Shown here one piece after another: positions 11,422 to 24,079 of a stretch of DNA of 64,000 nucleotides. The translations under genes and the position numbers were made by a program. The first letter of the stretch is position 1; the number at the start of each line of letters is the position of its first letter. Location of the stretch: the NCBI GenBank assembly GCA_043228905.1, contig JBHGNT010000007.1:10974001-11038000 (forward strand), written 5' to 3'. The notes beneath the pieces are model-generated. The model made no database searches. It saw only the letters and a program-made list of their open reading frames with translations, and was not told the origin of the DNA. This stretch comes from Azolla caroliniana. Lineage: Eukaryota; Plantae; Polypodiophyta.

Positions 11422-14400
11422 TTACTGCTCTGTTGATGTCTGCTGCAGCGGGTTCATTGGTGACTGTTGCGGCTGCTCCTCCATGTGTTCCTCTGACGCC
11501 GGCATCTCCATCGTTGCTCCCTTCATCGTAATGGTCTCCGGTTGACTGGTGTCGGGCTGGCCCTCAGCCGGCAACGGTTCCTCATCACTAAGGTTAATCG
11601 TTGCCGCTTCTCGTGCTTTTTCTTCCCGAACCCGGGACCGCTCGTAGCTTTCAAACTGGATTTGAGCGTCCAGCCTATCATCGTCTAGCTGAGCTACGAG
11701 CTGCCTCACTTACGCCGGTTGTTCATCCGCCAGGACTTGGAAGTCGTCGGCCAGCTCATCCCGTATGGCGGTGAAGTCCTCGGAAGTCAACATATAACAA
11801 TCCTCTCCTTCCTTCCGCCGGTTTGCCACATCTACCTGTAGCAACTGGAGTTCCGCCGCGTTTTGTGCCCACTTTGTCCACCATTTTACGGAGCTTTCAT
11901 CAATCAAGTGTTTTGTCTGATTCAGCCATGCCCGGAGGATGGACTGAATCCGGCTCGTTCCCAATTGCGATTTGGTTTCCGCCGCCTGCCGTTCCTCCTT
12001 CAGTTGCTTGATGATTTTCACGTTGTCTTCCGCCTGCGCCTTGTAATGCGTCAATTGCCTTTGATATGTGCTTTGTAATTTCTGCAATATTGTAGACGCT
12101 CTTTCCTTTTCTTCTTGCTGTTGCCTCTGGAGCTCCATCCGGACCTTCTCCGCCTTGTCCAAGCGTCTTGTATTTTCCACACGTTCGTCGGCGATCGCCG
12201 TCGTGGCCCGATCAACTTCTTGCTGGAGCTCGGCCATCCGTTCCTTATGCTCCGTTTCCAGCCGTTTGTAGTCCCGGTGCAGGTGCTCAAAATCATCTGT
12301 CTTTTACTTGAGCCGTGTGTTGATCTGTCGATGGGCCCGGTCCTCGCGGTCCTTCTGCTGGCAGAGCTCTTCCTTTAGCCTTTCAATCTCCGTTTCCGCC
12401 ATTTTCCGTAGTTTGTCCTTTTCCTGCAACACTTTGTCTTTTTCCTCCTTTAGCCGGTCGTACGCTTGATGGCCTTTCCGGAGGCTCTCCTCTGCCCGGC
12501 GGAGGTTCTCCGCAGTCTTCTTTAATTCGGCTTTGGCCGCTGTCTTCAATTCTCATTCACGGCTTCTTAGCGCTTCTTGTGCGGCAAGTTCATCTCTTAA
12601 TTCCGCAAGCTCCTGGGCTTGCGCCGCATCTCTCGCCGAAACGGTTTCTGTTGCCGGGGTCTTATTGCTATGTACAGGTCGATCCGTTTCTTTATTCTGT
12701 GCACTTACCAGAGTCACCGGTGATTGGATCTGTCTTGCCGTTAAGGCCATTTTGGCCATCTCTGTCGTGACCTGATCCAAGTCTTTTATCAAGGCACCGG
12801 ATTCTGGACCGGGCCGTCTCTAGTTGTTCAGTTGTGACGAGCAACCGTTCGCTTTGCACTCTTTCTTCTGCCTCAATATACCCCACTGCTCCGGCTATTT
12901 GTTCGCCTATCCACCGGAGCCACAGGCTACCGGTGCCTTGTTGTGCTTGCACGGAGGTTTGATAGATGGGCTCACTTGTAGATGGGTGGTCCCGCCTGGT
13001 TGCGCCGAGTTGCAGTTCCGTCTCTGCCCGTGGACCACCCTGCTGTCCTGGTTCCCCTTGCGCTTCTTCTTGGCTGACCGAGGGAGGCTGCATTGACCTT
13101 TCCAGCTCTGGCGGGATGGGACTTGCCGGTGTTGCCGGTGGTGCCGGGGCTTCTGTTTCCGGTGCCATATGCACCGGTTCCGGTTCCTTCCTTGGCGTGG
13201 GAGTCTCACTAAGGGGAGCCGTTGTTCCCTCCGTCTGAGGGTCCGAACATTTCCCGGCTGTCTCAACGGTCCTTGCCGACAACCGTCGCTAGAGGTGCTC
13301 CGTGGGCTCCTCCTCTATTTCCTCCTCCTGAGCTCCGGCATTGAGTTTTGTCGCCAAGGGGTCTGCTTCTCTATTCACCGGTCGGCGGAGTGTGACCTTT
13401 ACGGGCCGTGCTGGTGGTTCCTCCTGTGCCTCCGTTGGGCGCTTCCGGCTGCCGCTTCCTGCTGCCGCCTGTTCTGCATCCGTCGCCTTTCCTTTAGTGG
13501 CCTTAGAGGCCAACAGCTGTTGCCGTTTGGAAGCTGTTCTTGGAGGCCAAACCCGTCCGCCACTCTTCCTCGCTTCTTGGGCTGGACGGGCTGGACGGGT
13601 GGCACAAGCAAGGTGAGCCACTGCGTTACGGCGTGCCATATCCTCTGTCCGTCTCGGCCTTCTTTGTGTTGAGAACTCGACGTTCCTTATGTCCGACGCT
13701 CGGCCACAACCGAGATTCTTTTCATACACAGAAAAACAGGTAATGAAACGCGACACAAAAGGGAGAAATGGTACACAGGAGGTTTACGTGGAAAACCCCA
13801 AAATAAGGGAAAAACCACGGCAGCCCACAGGCTGCAAACTGTCACTATGTAGGAATATACAACAGTGAGTTCACTGAGGCAACAACCTCGTGCACTCAGA
13901 TCTTCGCCACAGGCGGCGGTTACAATAGAGGCAACGACCTCGTCTCTCTCTCTCTCTCTCTGTACAATTACACGCTCTCGCTTCTTCTTGCACCAACAAG
14001 GAAGAATAACAACAACAAACACTAAAAAGAAGTTTGCCCTAAGTCATATTTATACTAATATGACTTTTCGGCTATTTACAAATGTAGCCTCGATGGGCTC
14101 TCAGAAACATATTTACGAATATGTCTCTTCCTCCGGTTCATACCGGGCCTGCACCATCTGGCTCTCCGTAGTCGGGTACTCCCCATCTGGTTCATACCGG
14201 GCCTACACCATCCGGCTCTCCGTAGTCGGGTACTCCCCATCCGGTTCATACCGGGCCTGCACCATCCGGCTCTCCGCAGTCGGGTACTCCCCATCCGGTT
14301 CATACCGTTTCCCATCCACACTGTTCTTCTCCTTTCCCATCCGGAGGGACCTGTCTCCCAACACTTTGCCGTCTTTGCCTCTGACGATCTCGATCGCCAC

Positions 14401-14835
14401 ACATAACCCGTCTGCGATCAATACCGGCCAATCCACCTTGATCCCTTCATAGGTGGCGATGATCATCCCTGCCCGGTTCTGCGGCATGACAAGGGGTCTA
14501 GGGTACACGTGGCCATATTCGTGGAGCACACGAGCAATTTCGCGGAATAGCATATCTCCGCCGCCCTGTGTCTAGTAGCCCTTGCTGGCTAGAGAGTACT
14601 CACCAAAATACCTGATGAGTTGCTCTGGGGTTGGATTGTCGATCGTGAGTATGCCTACCTCCGGAAGGCCTGTTAACGCTCGAATCGCCTCTGCCGTTAT
14701 GACCTCTGTGTCGATTTCTTTGATCACTTTGTCGGCTTCTTTGTGTGGTGGTACTTCCATCATCATCAAGAAGCCCTCGAGCCCGTGTTGCTTTAGCCAT
14801 GTCTTGGCGGCTTCCGACAGCGTTTGCGGGTCCAT
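11422..14835 (-). pseudogene. Extra 3' ORF of gypsy-2 (globular N-terminus, Pro/Glu-rich linker, coiled-coil C-terminus), disrupted
   Basis: Chain of same-strand ORFs separated by single stops or frameshifts; frame rejoins across the solo LTR (DGK|EGRDGQRIWHAVTQWL). Confidence 0.75.
13667..14363 (-). mobile_element. Solo LTR of the Tnt1-like copia family
   Basis: TGTTG...CAACA ends; TSD CTTTG (13662-13666 / 14364-14368); ~3 copies of a 60-bp U3 repeat. Confidence 0.95.
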
Positions 14836-15233
14836 TTCTGTGTCGAGGTCGGATTGTGGTGGCGAGGTTGGATGGTGATGAGAGCGAGGTTGAGAGAGAG
14901 AGAGTTCAAAAGGCAAAGGTTCTCTGTGCGCAGGTTCTCGTCTGATGATCTTGCAGCGTCTTGGTGCTTCAGTGCTCCTGGGTTCGTGAAAGTAAAGGGT
15001 CTCTACGCGCAGTGGTTTTTGTCTGTGCATTTTGGCGCCTTTTTCGAGTGTGTGCATGTCGTGTACTAAAATAGCATTATGTCCTGTGTTGGCGCTTTAA
15101 ATGCCCACTACGTACCTTTTCGCTCCTCGCTCTTTCATCCATTCATTCCTTGCTTTTGCATGATTGTTTTCTTTTTTTTTCTTTTTTTTCTTTTTTTTCT
15201 TAAAATTTATTTATAATTTAATTTAGTGTGACG

Positions 15234-18200
15234 TCACTTGTTCGTTGGTCCTCTCAAACCCTTACCGGCCTCATTCTCCCCAGTTACCGGCTCGCCTTCT
15301 TTGCCGTCTTGGTGGTTGCCGTTTGCCTCACTGGTGTCGGTCGTTTGCTCAAATGGGTTCTTAGGCATCGGTCCTCTATATGGCTTCAACCGGAATCCGT
15401 TGACCCATTTGCCTAGCACTTCGCCGGCAAGTGTCCCTAACTGGTAGGACCCATTATACTCCCGTGTTAGCCAATACGGTCCGGTCCATCTAAACCGTAG
15501 TTTACCCGGCATCTTGCCCATCCGGGTTTGGAATACTAACACCGGTTTGCCGATTGCGAACATTTTTTCGTTACCTTTCCTGTGCCGGTCGACAAATGCT
15601 TTCCGTCGCCGTTGCTCCAATTCTAAATGTAGGATGCTGGCCAGTCGTTGTTCCTCGAGCTCACACAACGCTGTCAACCGTATTGTCTCCGACTCCTTCT
15701 CGTTCAGCCGTTCTCGTAGCTGGATCCGTAAGCTAGGTACTTGGAATTCTACCGGCATTACCGCCTCTAGTCCGAATGCTAACCGGAACGGTGTTGTTCG
15801 GATGCTCATTTTGTATGCCATCCGGTATGCCCAAAGCGCGCTATGTAGCTTTGTGTCCCAATCCGTCCGGTTTTCGTTGACGATCTTCCGGAGGATATTT
15901 TGGAGCGTCTTGTTTGTTGATTCTGCTAAACCGTTCGCCTGTGGATAGTAAGGTGTGCTCCGTTTGTGGACAACGACATAGAATGTCATCAGGCTTTCCA
16001 CTACTTGGCCGAGAAAGTGCCCCCCTTGGTCGCTTATTAATTCAATTGGGCATCCGTAATGGCACCAGATGTACTCATGTAGAAACTTCGCCGTTGACAC
16101 AACGGTGTTATCCCTTAATGCTTTGGCCTCCACCCATTTCATGCAGTAATCCGTCGCGACGATTACGTATCGATTACCCGTTCTCATTGCCGGTGGCTTG
16201 AACAGTCCCACAAAGCCCAACCCCCACTTCTGGAATGGCTCGAGTGGTAGTACCGGCTGGTGTGGCATACGAGCCTGCTCCGTTGGCTGGCCCATTCGCT
16301 GGCATAGGTCACATTCTTTTGCGTACCGTACCGCATCTCTTAATGTCGTTGGCCACCATAGGCCACTTTGCCATATTTTTCTGGCCGTCGCATCTCCGGC
16401 ATAGTGACCTCCGGCAACTCCATAGTGGGCTTCCCTCAGTATCTGTTCCTTTTCATCGCTGCGCACCGCCCGTCTCCATATGCCGTCCGCGCCCTTGTGG
16501 TACAGTGTGTCTTGCAGTAAGCAGAAATGTCAGCTTTGCACCGCCAAGCATTTCCGTTCGTCCCGGTTCATCTCTTCCGGAGGTAGTCCTGTGCTCAGAA
16601 ACTAGTGCATATTTGTCAGCCATTTGTCTTCCTATGCCACTGTCTCATCTGCTGCCGTCTTTGTAGTGACTCGAAACAGCTCCGCATCCGGAAACTCATC
16701 CGCTTCTCCGTCACCTGTCTCTCCGGACTCTAATCGGCTTAAGTAATCCGCCATGGCATGCTGTATCCTGGGTCGGTGGAATATTTCAAACTCGAACTCC
16801 TGTAACAGTAAGGATCACCGGGCCAATTTGCCGGTGAGTGACGCTTTGGACACCAGTTAAAGGAGTGCTGAATGATCTACATGGAAGGAAAACTTCCTTC
16901 CCAATAAATAATGCCGAAACTTTGTCACACTATAGATCATCCCTAGAGCTTCCCGTTCCGTAGTAGAGTAGTTCTGTTCTGCTTGGGATAGCTTCCGGCT
17001 GGCATAGTACACTGGCCGGTACCACTTTGATTCCGTAAGCTGCATCAGTACGCTTCCGATTGCGATGTCGGAGGCGTCCACAAACACATGAAATTCTTTA
17101 CTCAAATCCGAAGGCTGCACTACCGGTGCCTGCGACAATAGTACCTTGAGGGCCCTAAACGCCCTATCCTCGGTGTCGGTCCACTGGAATGGTGTCCGAT
17201 GTATGGCGGCATGCAACAGTGTAGCCAGGTTGGCTAAGTATCGGAGCATCCGGCTGTGCCACCGGATCTGACCTAAGAACCGGCTTCATGCCTTTGCCGT
17301 TGCCGGCGCCGGTGCTTCTAATATGGCTTTCACTTTGTCCGGGTCGACTGCAATACCTTCCTGGCTCACAATATATCCTAATAAAGTTCCACTGGACACA
17401 CCAAATACACACTTTGCCGGATTCAAGCTTAGCCGATACGCTCTACACTTTTCTAGACAAAGACGGAGGTGCTGAAAATGGTCCTCCTCCCGGCTATAGA
17501 CGGCGAAATCGTCAAGGAAAACCTGCATAAAAGCCGGTATATATTCACCAAAGATTTCCATGATGATTCGTTGAAATGTTGCCGGTGCCGTTTTGAGTCC
17601 GAACATCATCACCACGGCCACAAAGACCACCCATTCGGTGACGAATGCCGTTTTCTCTTGGTCGTCGGGGTGCATCCGGATCTAATTATACCCGCTGAAT
17701 CCGTCTAGGAAGCTATAGACCTCATGGCCGGCGACGGCATCCAACACTCCATCTGTGAATGGAAGTGGAAACGCATCGTTACCGTATCTGCATTGAGTTT
17801 CCGGTAGTCCACACAAACTCGAATTTTTCCGTTCTTCTTCGGTACGACTACGATCGGGCTCAGCCATGTCGCTTTCTTTACCGGACGGATAAAGCCAACT
17901 CTTAGCAGTTTGTCAATTTCCTCCTTGACCTTGGCGGCATAATTGGGATTCATCCGGTACCGTCTTTGTGCCACTGGTTTTGCGTCCTTGCTCAAGTGCA
18001 CTTGATGCTGGTATAACTGAGGGTCGAGTCCTCGCATGTCTTCATATGACCAGGCGAACACATCGCGAAATTCCGTGAGAAGTGTGATCATCGCCGTTTT
18101 GTCTTCAGATTTCATCTCCTTCGCGATGTGCACCGGTTTTTCTTCGTCCGTGATCCCTAAGTTCACCTCTTCTAGTTGCGATGCTTTTACGCGCTGTGAA

Positions 18201-19201
18201 ACAGCCATTTCCCGTTCCAACGCTTCCTGCGCTTGCCGTAACTCCCGGATTGCGTCTTTATCCGGTTCTGCTTCAGCCTCTTCCGGTTGAGGTAAGTATG
18301 GTGCTACTGCTTCGGCAATGTCAATTTCGAAGAGGGGTATGATCTTCGGGTTTTCCTGCAGGTACTGAGCTTCTTCTTCGTCCGCTAACCCTTCTAGCAT
18401 GTTGACGCATTCCGCATACAACGGTGTACATTCCTTGCCAGTGCTCGTCCTTGGCTGTGTTGGTACCCGTACCTTGGCTTTTCTTCGCCGGAAAGTAATT
18501 ATATTTTTCTGCCAATTCTGTTTGATATGTTCCGTTTTCAACCATGGCCGCCCCAACAATAGCGGGTATGTGCCTTGTGCCTGTAATTGTAGCACTACGG
18601 CCGAGATGTGAAATGTATGACCGCCGACGGTGACTTCTAATTTCCATATTAATCCTGTCGGCCGCACTGAGCTTGTATCGGCCATCCGCAACCAGAACGG
18701 ACATGGCTCCCACTCGTGGATTCCTAGGGCATCACACGTCCAGAGGCTTATTACATTCACCCCAGAGCCTCCGTCTATAACTATGTCGGGGAGTTCTTTC
18801 CCTTTTACAATGGCAGTGATTACCGGACTGCTGGTGTCCACCACCGTTGGTCCCTCCTCCGGATTCGAGAAGAGTACCGGTGCCGGTGATGGTTCTCCTA
18901 CCGTCATGGCCGTCTTCAGTCCTTCCGTGAATCTTGGCACGAGTTGTAGGAGTCTTCCTAGTGGTAACGTAATCTGGCATTCTTGCAACGCCTGCCATGT
19001 CTCGTTCTCGGAGTGACTACCGCCGGCAAGCCCTACGGTGTTCTCCTTTTGCCGCTGTAAGTCTGTGACATTCTGCTCATTTGCTTTCTTTACCCATTCC
19101 GTTGCTTGTTTCCGGATGGTCTCCTGTGTCTCCCATTCTTTGGCCATGCCCTTCGACCTTGTGATCACCTGCTGCAGATCTGCCACCTCAAGGACTACCA
19201 T
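15234..19201 (-). pseudogene. pol of gypsy-2 (PR-RT-RH-INT)
   Basis: VIDGGSGVN (PR); RVCVDYRKLN, LDGFSGYN, FLDDFAVY (RT); VFVDASDIAIG (RH); GGHYAG/CDLCQ, SDQGGHF, PQANGLAE, WTGPY (INT). Confidence 0.95.
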
Positions 19202-19230
19202 ATTTACCGCCGGTCATTTTTCGTAGCTCT

Positions 19231-20778
19231 TCACTGGGCATTGGTTACTATAATGGCCTTCCTGTTGGCAGTAGTAGCAGTAGGCCTTCCGGGTATTGCT
19301 AGATTCAGCATTGTCGGTTGTACCCGGGGCAGGTCCTGCGGTACGCGGGGGGTTTTGTACCGGTTGGCTGCTTGGAGCTCCTTGTTCCGGATCCCGGGGT
19401 TAGCCGCCTTTTTTAAAATGCCGTTTTTTGTTATAGCTCTTCTTATTACGGTACTCTTGACGGGGTTGCCCGTTATATCTTCCGTATTCCTCCCGTTGCT
19501 GACGATACCCGGGGGAGTGCTCCCAGTCGTAATGTTCGTATCGTCTATTGTAATCCTGGTACCGATCATGTTGGTCATAGTTATCCCGCCAATCACCGTA
19601 CCGGACATCATTTTCCCGTCGATCGCCATACCGGACATCCTGTGCCGGTCGGTCGCGGTCCATTCGCCGCCAGCGTTCGTCTTCTTCATCCCGGCTGCTG
19701 CGTGGCTCAATTTGTCGGACGGGCGGTTCAACAGATTATACTCGCACCTATCCGTCGTATGGCTCTTGGATTGACAGATTACACATTGCGTCCTCATAGT
19801 GCATTCTAGAGCCGAGTGTCCGGAATTCAAGCAGGTTGTGCACTGTATTGCTTGCCGAAACCGGAGGTCTTCATCGGACGGTAACGCCCGTTGAAGTGCT
19901 CCCAATGTGAGCCAGGAGCTTGTCTTTTCCATCTCTCTCACTCGGTCAATGACCTGGTCGATGGTACTTGTGCGGAAGTCAATTACCGTGCAAACCGTGC
20001 GTAGGGGTTCCCGGAGCGCGTTTAGGAATATAGTCCGTAATTCCTCCTCCGGGGGTGCGCGGGCAAGCTGACTATGCATCCATTGAAACCGGATGACAAA
20101 TTGGGGAATGCTCTCCCCTGCCTCTTGCCGGATGGTATAAAATAAGCCTACCATTACGGTCTGGTCCACCTCCTTTTGAAAAAAATCCAAGAATTTAGCT
20201 TTTAAATCTGCAAAGGTGTTGATGGTAGACGGGACCTGCGTCCGGCACCATCTTGCTACCGGTCCCTCCAATGTGACGCCAAATTCCTCTATCTTAGAGC
20301 GTTCTTCTTCCTCCGGGGTCAATCGTTGGGACACATGGTTGGCTTCCCATGTCTGTTCAAAGGCGTGCACATGAGCTTCCGCGTCCGGATCATCTCTATA
20401 CTTAGAGTACTGGATCGGCATGCCGTCGTCCGGTATCGGTGCGCAAGCTGGTAGTGTTGGTGCTCGTTCCGGAATTTTCTCCGGTGTTGGTGGTCTTTCT
20501 CGATTTGTTTCCGGCATCGGTTGTTTTTCCTCTTCCTTTGGTGACAGAGGCCTCTCCTCTTCGACTTCCGGTGTCAGAGGTTGCTCTTCCTCTGCTGGTT
20601 CCGGGGGTTCCAACGTTAGCACTTCCGGTTCTGGTGTCGGTAAGGTATCCGATCCTTCGTCCTCCGGTTCGCCCGGGGTTTCGTTGCTGTTACGGTAGTT
20701 CGTGTGCACGCTGTATTCCCCTTCGGAGTCTGATTCATATGCTGAAAAGGCTTCTGCTTCGCCTTCTCCGTTTGCCAA
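19231..20778 (-). pseudogene. gag of gypsy-2
   Basis: 515-aa ORF with retrotransposon gag core (QEAGESIPQFVIRF) and CTTC..GH...C and CVIC...H...C knuckles; a third CYYC knuckle is frameshifted. Confidence 0.88.
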
Positions 20779-21039
20779 CGCGTGGAGAAGGGATTCGGTT
20801 TCCCGGAGGCTGCTTAGGTTGCTGCCGTTGTCCGGGTGCGATGTTTGTTGTAACTAGAGGGAGTCCTCCGCTACTCTCCGGATTACGTTGGAAAATGAGC
20901 GATCCGCTCTAATTTCCTGTGCCGATTCCTGGAAAGCCTTGCGTCTCCTTTGCCTTTCGGCAAGGCGTCGAGTTCGATCTGTAACCAGGTCGTGCGTTGA
21001 TCTAGACATCCATCCGTGCCGTCGTTCGCTGCAAAAACA

Positions 21040-21055
21040 GGAATCGTGGTTGCCA
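21040..21055 (-). promoter_or_regulatory. PBS of gypsy-2 (tRNA-Arg(UCG)-like)
   Basis: TGGCAACCACGATTCC 7 nt inside the 5' LTR; cf. TGGTGACCACAATTCC at 45673-45688. Confidence 0.7.
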
Positions 21056-21062
21056 AAAACTG

Positions 21063-21498
21063 TGTTAACTCTTAGGGCTGGACAATGGCCTAACACAGGG
21101 TGTCTACGGAAGACACTTCACCAAAGGGTGTTACGGCAACCGGATTAGACTTCAACGCTTAATCCGACTTAATTAAGTTACTTATTATGATCTTCTTTCA
21201 TAAACACACGCGTAAGATATAACAATTAAGACAGAACGGCAATTAACATAGATAGATAATAACGCTCAGCTTTTATTAATTCACCGCTAACTATTACATT
21301 GTATCCGGGCCTTTAAATAGGTTTCCGGTCTGTATTAAAAAACGGTGCCATCCGCACCTGTTCAGGATCGGTCCGGATCCGGAACGGCATACCGATTCCG
21401 GTCCGTCCGTCCACACTCATAGCTTACTTACAACCATATTCCTACTACTCAATTAACTCTCCGTTTCCCACTATAGATTCCTTTGCCGGCCGGTAACA
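21063..21498 (-). repeat. 5' LTR (type Y) of gypsy-2
   Basis: TGTTACC...TTAACA on the minus strand; CTATTTAAAG TATA (~21311-21320) and AATAAAA (~21271-21277). Confidence 0.9.
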
Positions 21499-21699
21499 GA
21501 AGCTATGGGTCTCACCATTGAAGACGAAGGATTAGGTGCTATCCGTCTTCAAGGAGTTCCACGCGAGAGTGGAAAGAGAAACCGGTCGGAAGCTGAAGAC
21601 GGTTCGAGCACATAACAGAGGAGAATACCGAGGGCAGTTCGAGGAGTACTCCCGGTCGAAGGGAATCTGGCTCGAGTTTACTGCGCCGAAGACACCAGA

Positions 21700-22560
21700 A
21701 CTAAACAGGCTGGCCGAAAGGATGAACCAGACCATAATGGAGAGAGTCTGGAGCATGCTATCACATGCAAAGTTACCCAAGACGTTTTGGGTTGAGGTGC
21801 TGACGACGACGACCTATGTGATAAATAGATCACCCTCAGCACCCTTGGAAGGAAACTCACCTCAGAAAGTATGAACCGATAAAGATGTATCTTATTGGCA
21901 TCTGAAGGTGTTCAGGTGTCTCACATATGTGCATGTTGCAAAGGACAAGAGAGCAAAGTTGGATCTGAAGTCCAGGCCATGCATATTCCTTGGATACGGC
22001 GATGATGAGTTCGGTTACCCGGTGTGGGATCCGGTCGACAAGAAGGTGTTCCGGAGTCGGGACATAGTCTTCATGGAAGACAAGACCATTGCTGACTGGG
22101 AGTCGGAGAAGGTGATGAACTCCGGATCATTCATTGAAAACCAGCTCGAGGACACTGGAACTGGCCGAAAGGATGAACCAGACCATAATGGAGAGAGTCT
22201 GGAGCGTGTTGGCACATGCAAAGTTACCCAAGACGTTTTGGGCTGAGGCACTGATGACGACGACCTATGTGATAAATAGATCACCCTCCGTGCCCTTGGA
22301 TGGAGACACACCGCAAAGAGTATGGACCGGTAAGGACGTGTCTTACCGGCACTTGAAGGTGTTTGGGTGTCTCGCAAATGTGCATGTTGCAAAGGATAAG
22401 AGAGCAAAGCTGGATCATGAGTTTGGTTACCGGGTGTGGGATCTGGTCGACAAGAAGGTGTTCCGGAGTCAGGACATAGTCTTCATGGAAGACAGGACCA
22501 TTGCCAACTGGGAGTCGGAGAAAAGGATGATCAACTCCGGATCATCCAATGAAAACCAAT
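21700..22560 (+). repeat. ~450-bp tandem duplication within the copia-B integrase C-terminus
   Basis: LAERMNQTIMER...VFMEDKTIADWESEK occurs twice in succession. Confidence 0.85.
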
Positions 22561-24079
22561 GAAAAGATGTTAGTCGGTAACCATATGACACTTGACGAAC
22601 CGGCCGGATACGGATAGGAAACCAAACCGACCGAAGAAGAAGAAGAAGAAGACACCGGAACCAGACAAGATCCCGAATCGGATTCGGATTCGGAACAAAC
22701 GGAGGAACTGGTAGTTAGAAACCAGGGACGGAGATATCCTCTCCGAGAAAGAAGAGCCCCTCGGAGATTTCTGGATGCAGAGCATGTGTTGCTAACCGAT
22801 GAGGGGGAGCTGGAAAGCTTCGAAGAAGCAAAGAGAGACACCCACAACCGCAAGTGGTTGAGTGCCATGCAAGATGAGATGGATTCCCTGCATGAGAACC
22901 ACACATATGAACTAACGGAGTTGCCGAAAGGGAAGAGAGCACTCCGGAACAAGTGGGTGTACAAGTTGAAACCGGCAAATGCCGGAAATCCACCCAGGTA
23001 TAAGGCCCGAATCATGGTGAAGGGCTTCCAGCAGAAGAAAGGAGTGGACTTCGATGAGATCTTTGCCCCGGTAGTAAAGATGACATCCATCCGGACGGTA
23101 TTGGGCATAGTGACAAGCATGGACCTCGAGGTAGAGCAACTGGACATGAAGACAACATTTCTCCATGGTGACCTCGAAGAGGAGATCTACATGCATCAAT
23201 CGGAAGGATTTGAGAAGAAAGGGAAGGAGCACCTGGTGTGTCGGCTGAAGAAGAGCTTATACGGACCATGGTTGTTAGGTACATTAGGTACGGTACTGAT
23301 ACCATACGTATTTAACGTATTAATACGGGTATAGTACCTCCCAATTTTAAAATACGTTAAATACGTTTTTTAGTATGTTAAATACCTATAAAATACATAT
23401 AGTACGTTAAATACGTTAAATACTTCTAGAATTTGAAATTTATTTACTTTCTTAAAAAATATTTGTAATATTGTAATATTGTAACCGTGTATAGGCAATG
23501 TAACGAAGCATTCCATGGCTGTAGTTGCATCTTAAAAGTACTAAAGGGCAAATCGAGCAAATATGAGAATCAAAAGGATACAAATCAACAAATCAAATAG
23601 ATATTTGTTAGGTAAAAAAAAACCCAAACTTGTTGGGCATTTACAACAAAAGCCAAGGCCACGAAGCAAAAACTATATATCCCTCACATGATTGAGGGAA
23701 TTCACATGATGAGTCATGACAAGCTACAATTCTACAAAAAAAATCGTACTTTTGACAAAAACAACACTTTGACAAGAAGTGCAACATACCTATTGAAGAA
23801 AAGACCACATCTTTTGATTTGGAAAAAACCTTCAGAACACATAACATCAAATATTTGAGATACACTTACATTGCATTTTGTCAAAGAAATAGAATGCATT
23901 GTAGGAACAAAATTTAGAAAAAAACCTTAACAACACAACATCAGATATTTGACTTCTAAGAACACATAACTTGAACTATGTCCAAGACTCCAATGTATCA
24001 AAATGGGCTTAGATCAAAGAAAAGTAACATATGGCTATTGAGCTTAGTAATAATGTATAGAAATCAGAAATATTAGTCA

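Larger units (their letters stand above)
9776..21498 (-). mobile_element. Composite non-chromovirus Ty3/gypsy insertion (gypsy-2; Athila/Tat-like pol)
   Basis: TGTTA...TAACA termini; TSD GAAGC (9771-9775 / 21499-21503) restores the host codons RKLWV; gag, pol and an extra ORF all on the minus strand. Confidence 0.93.
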
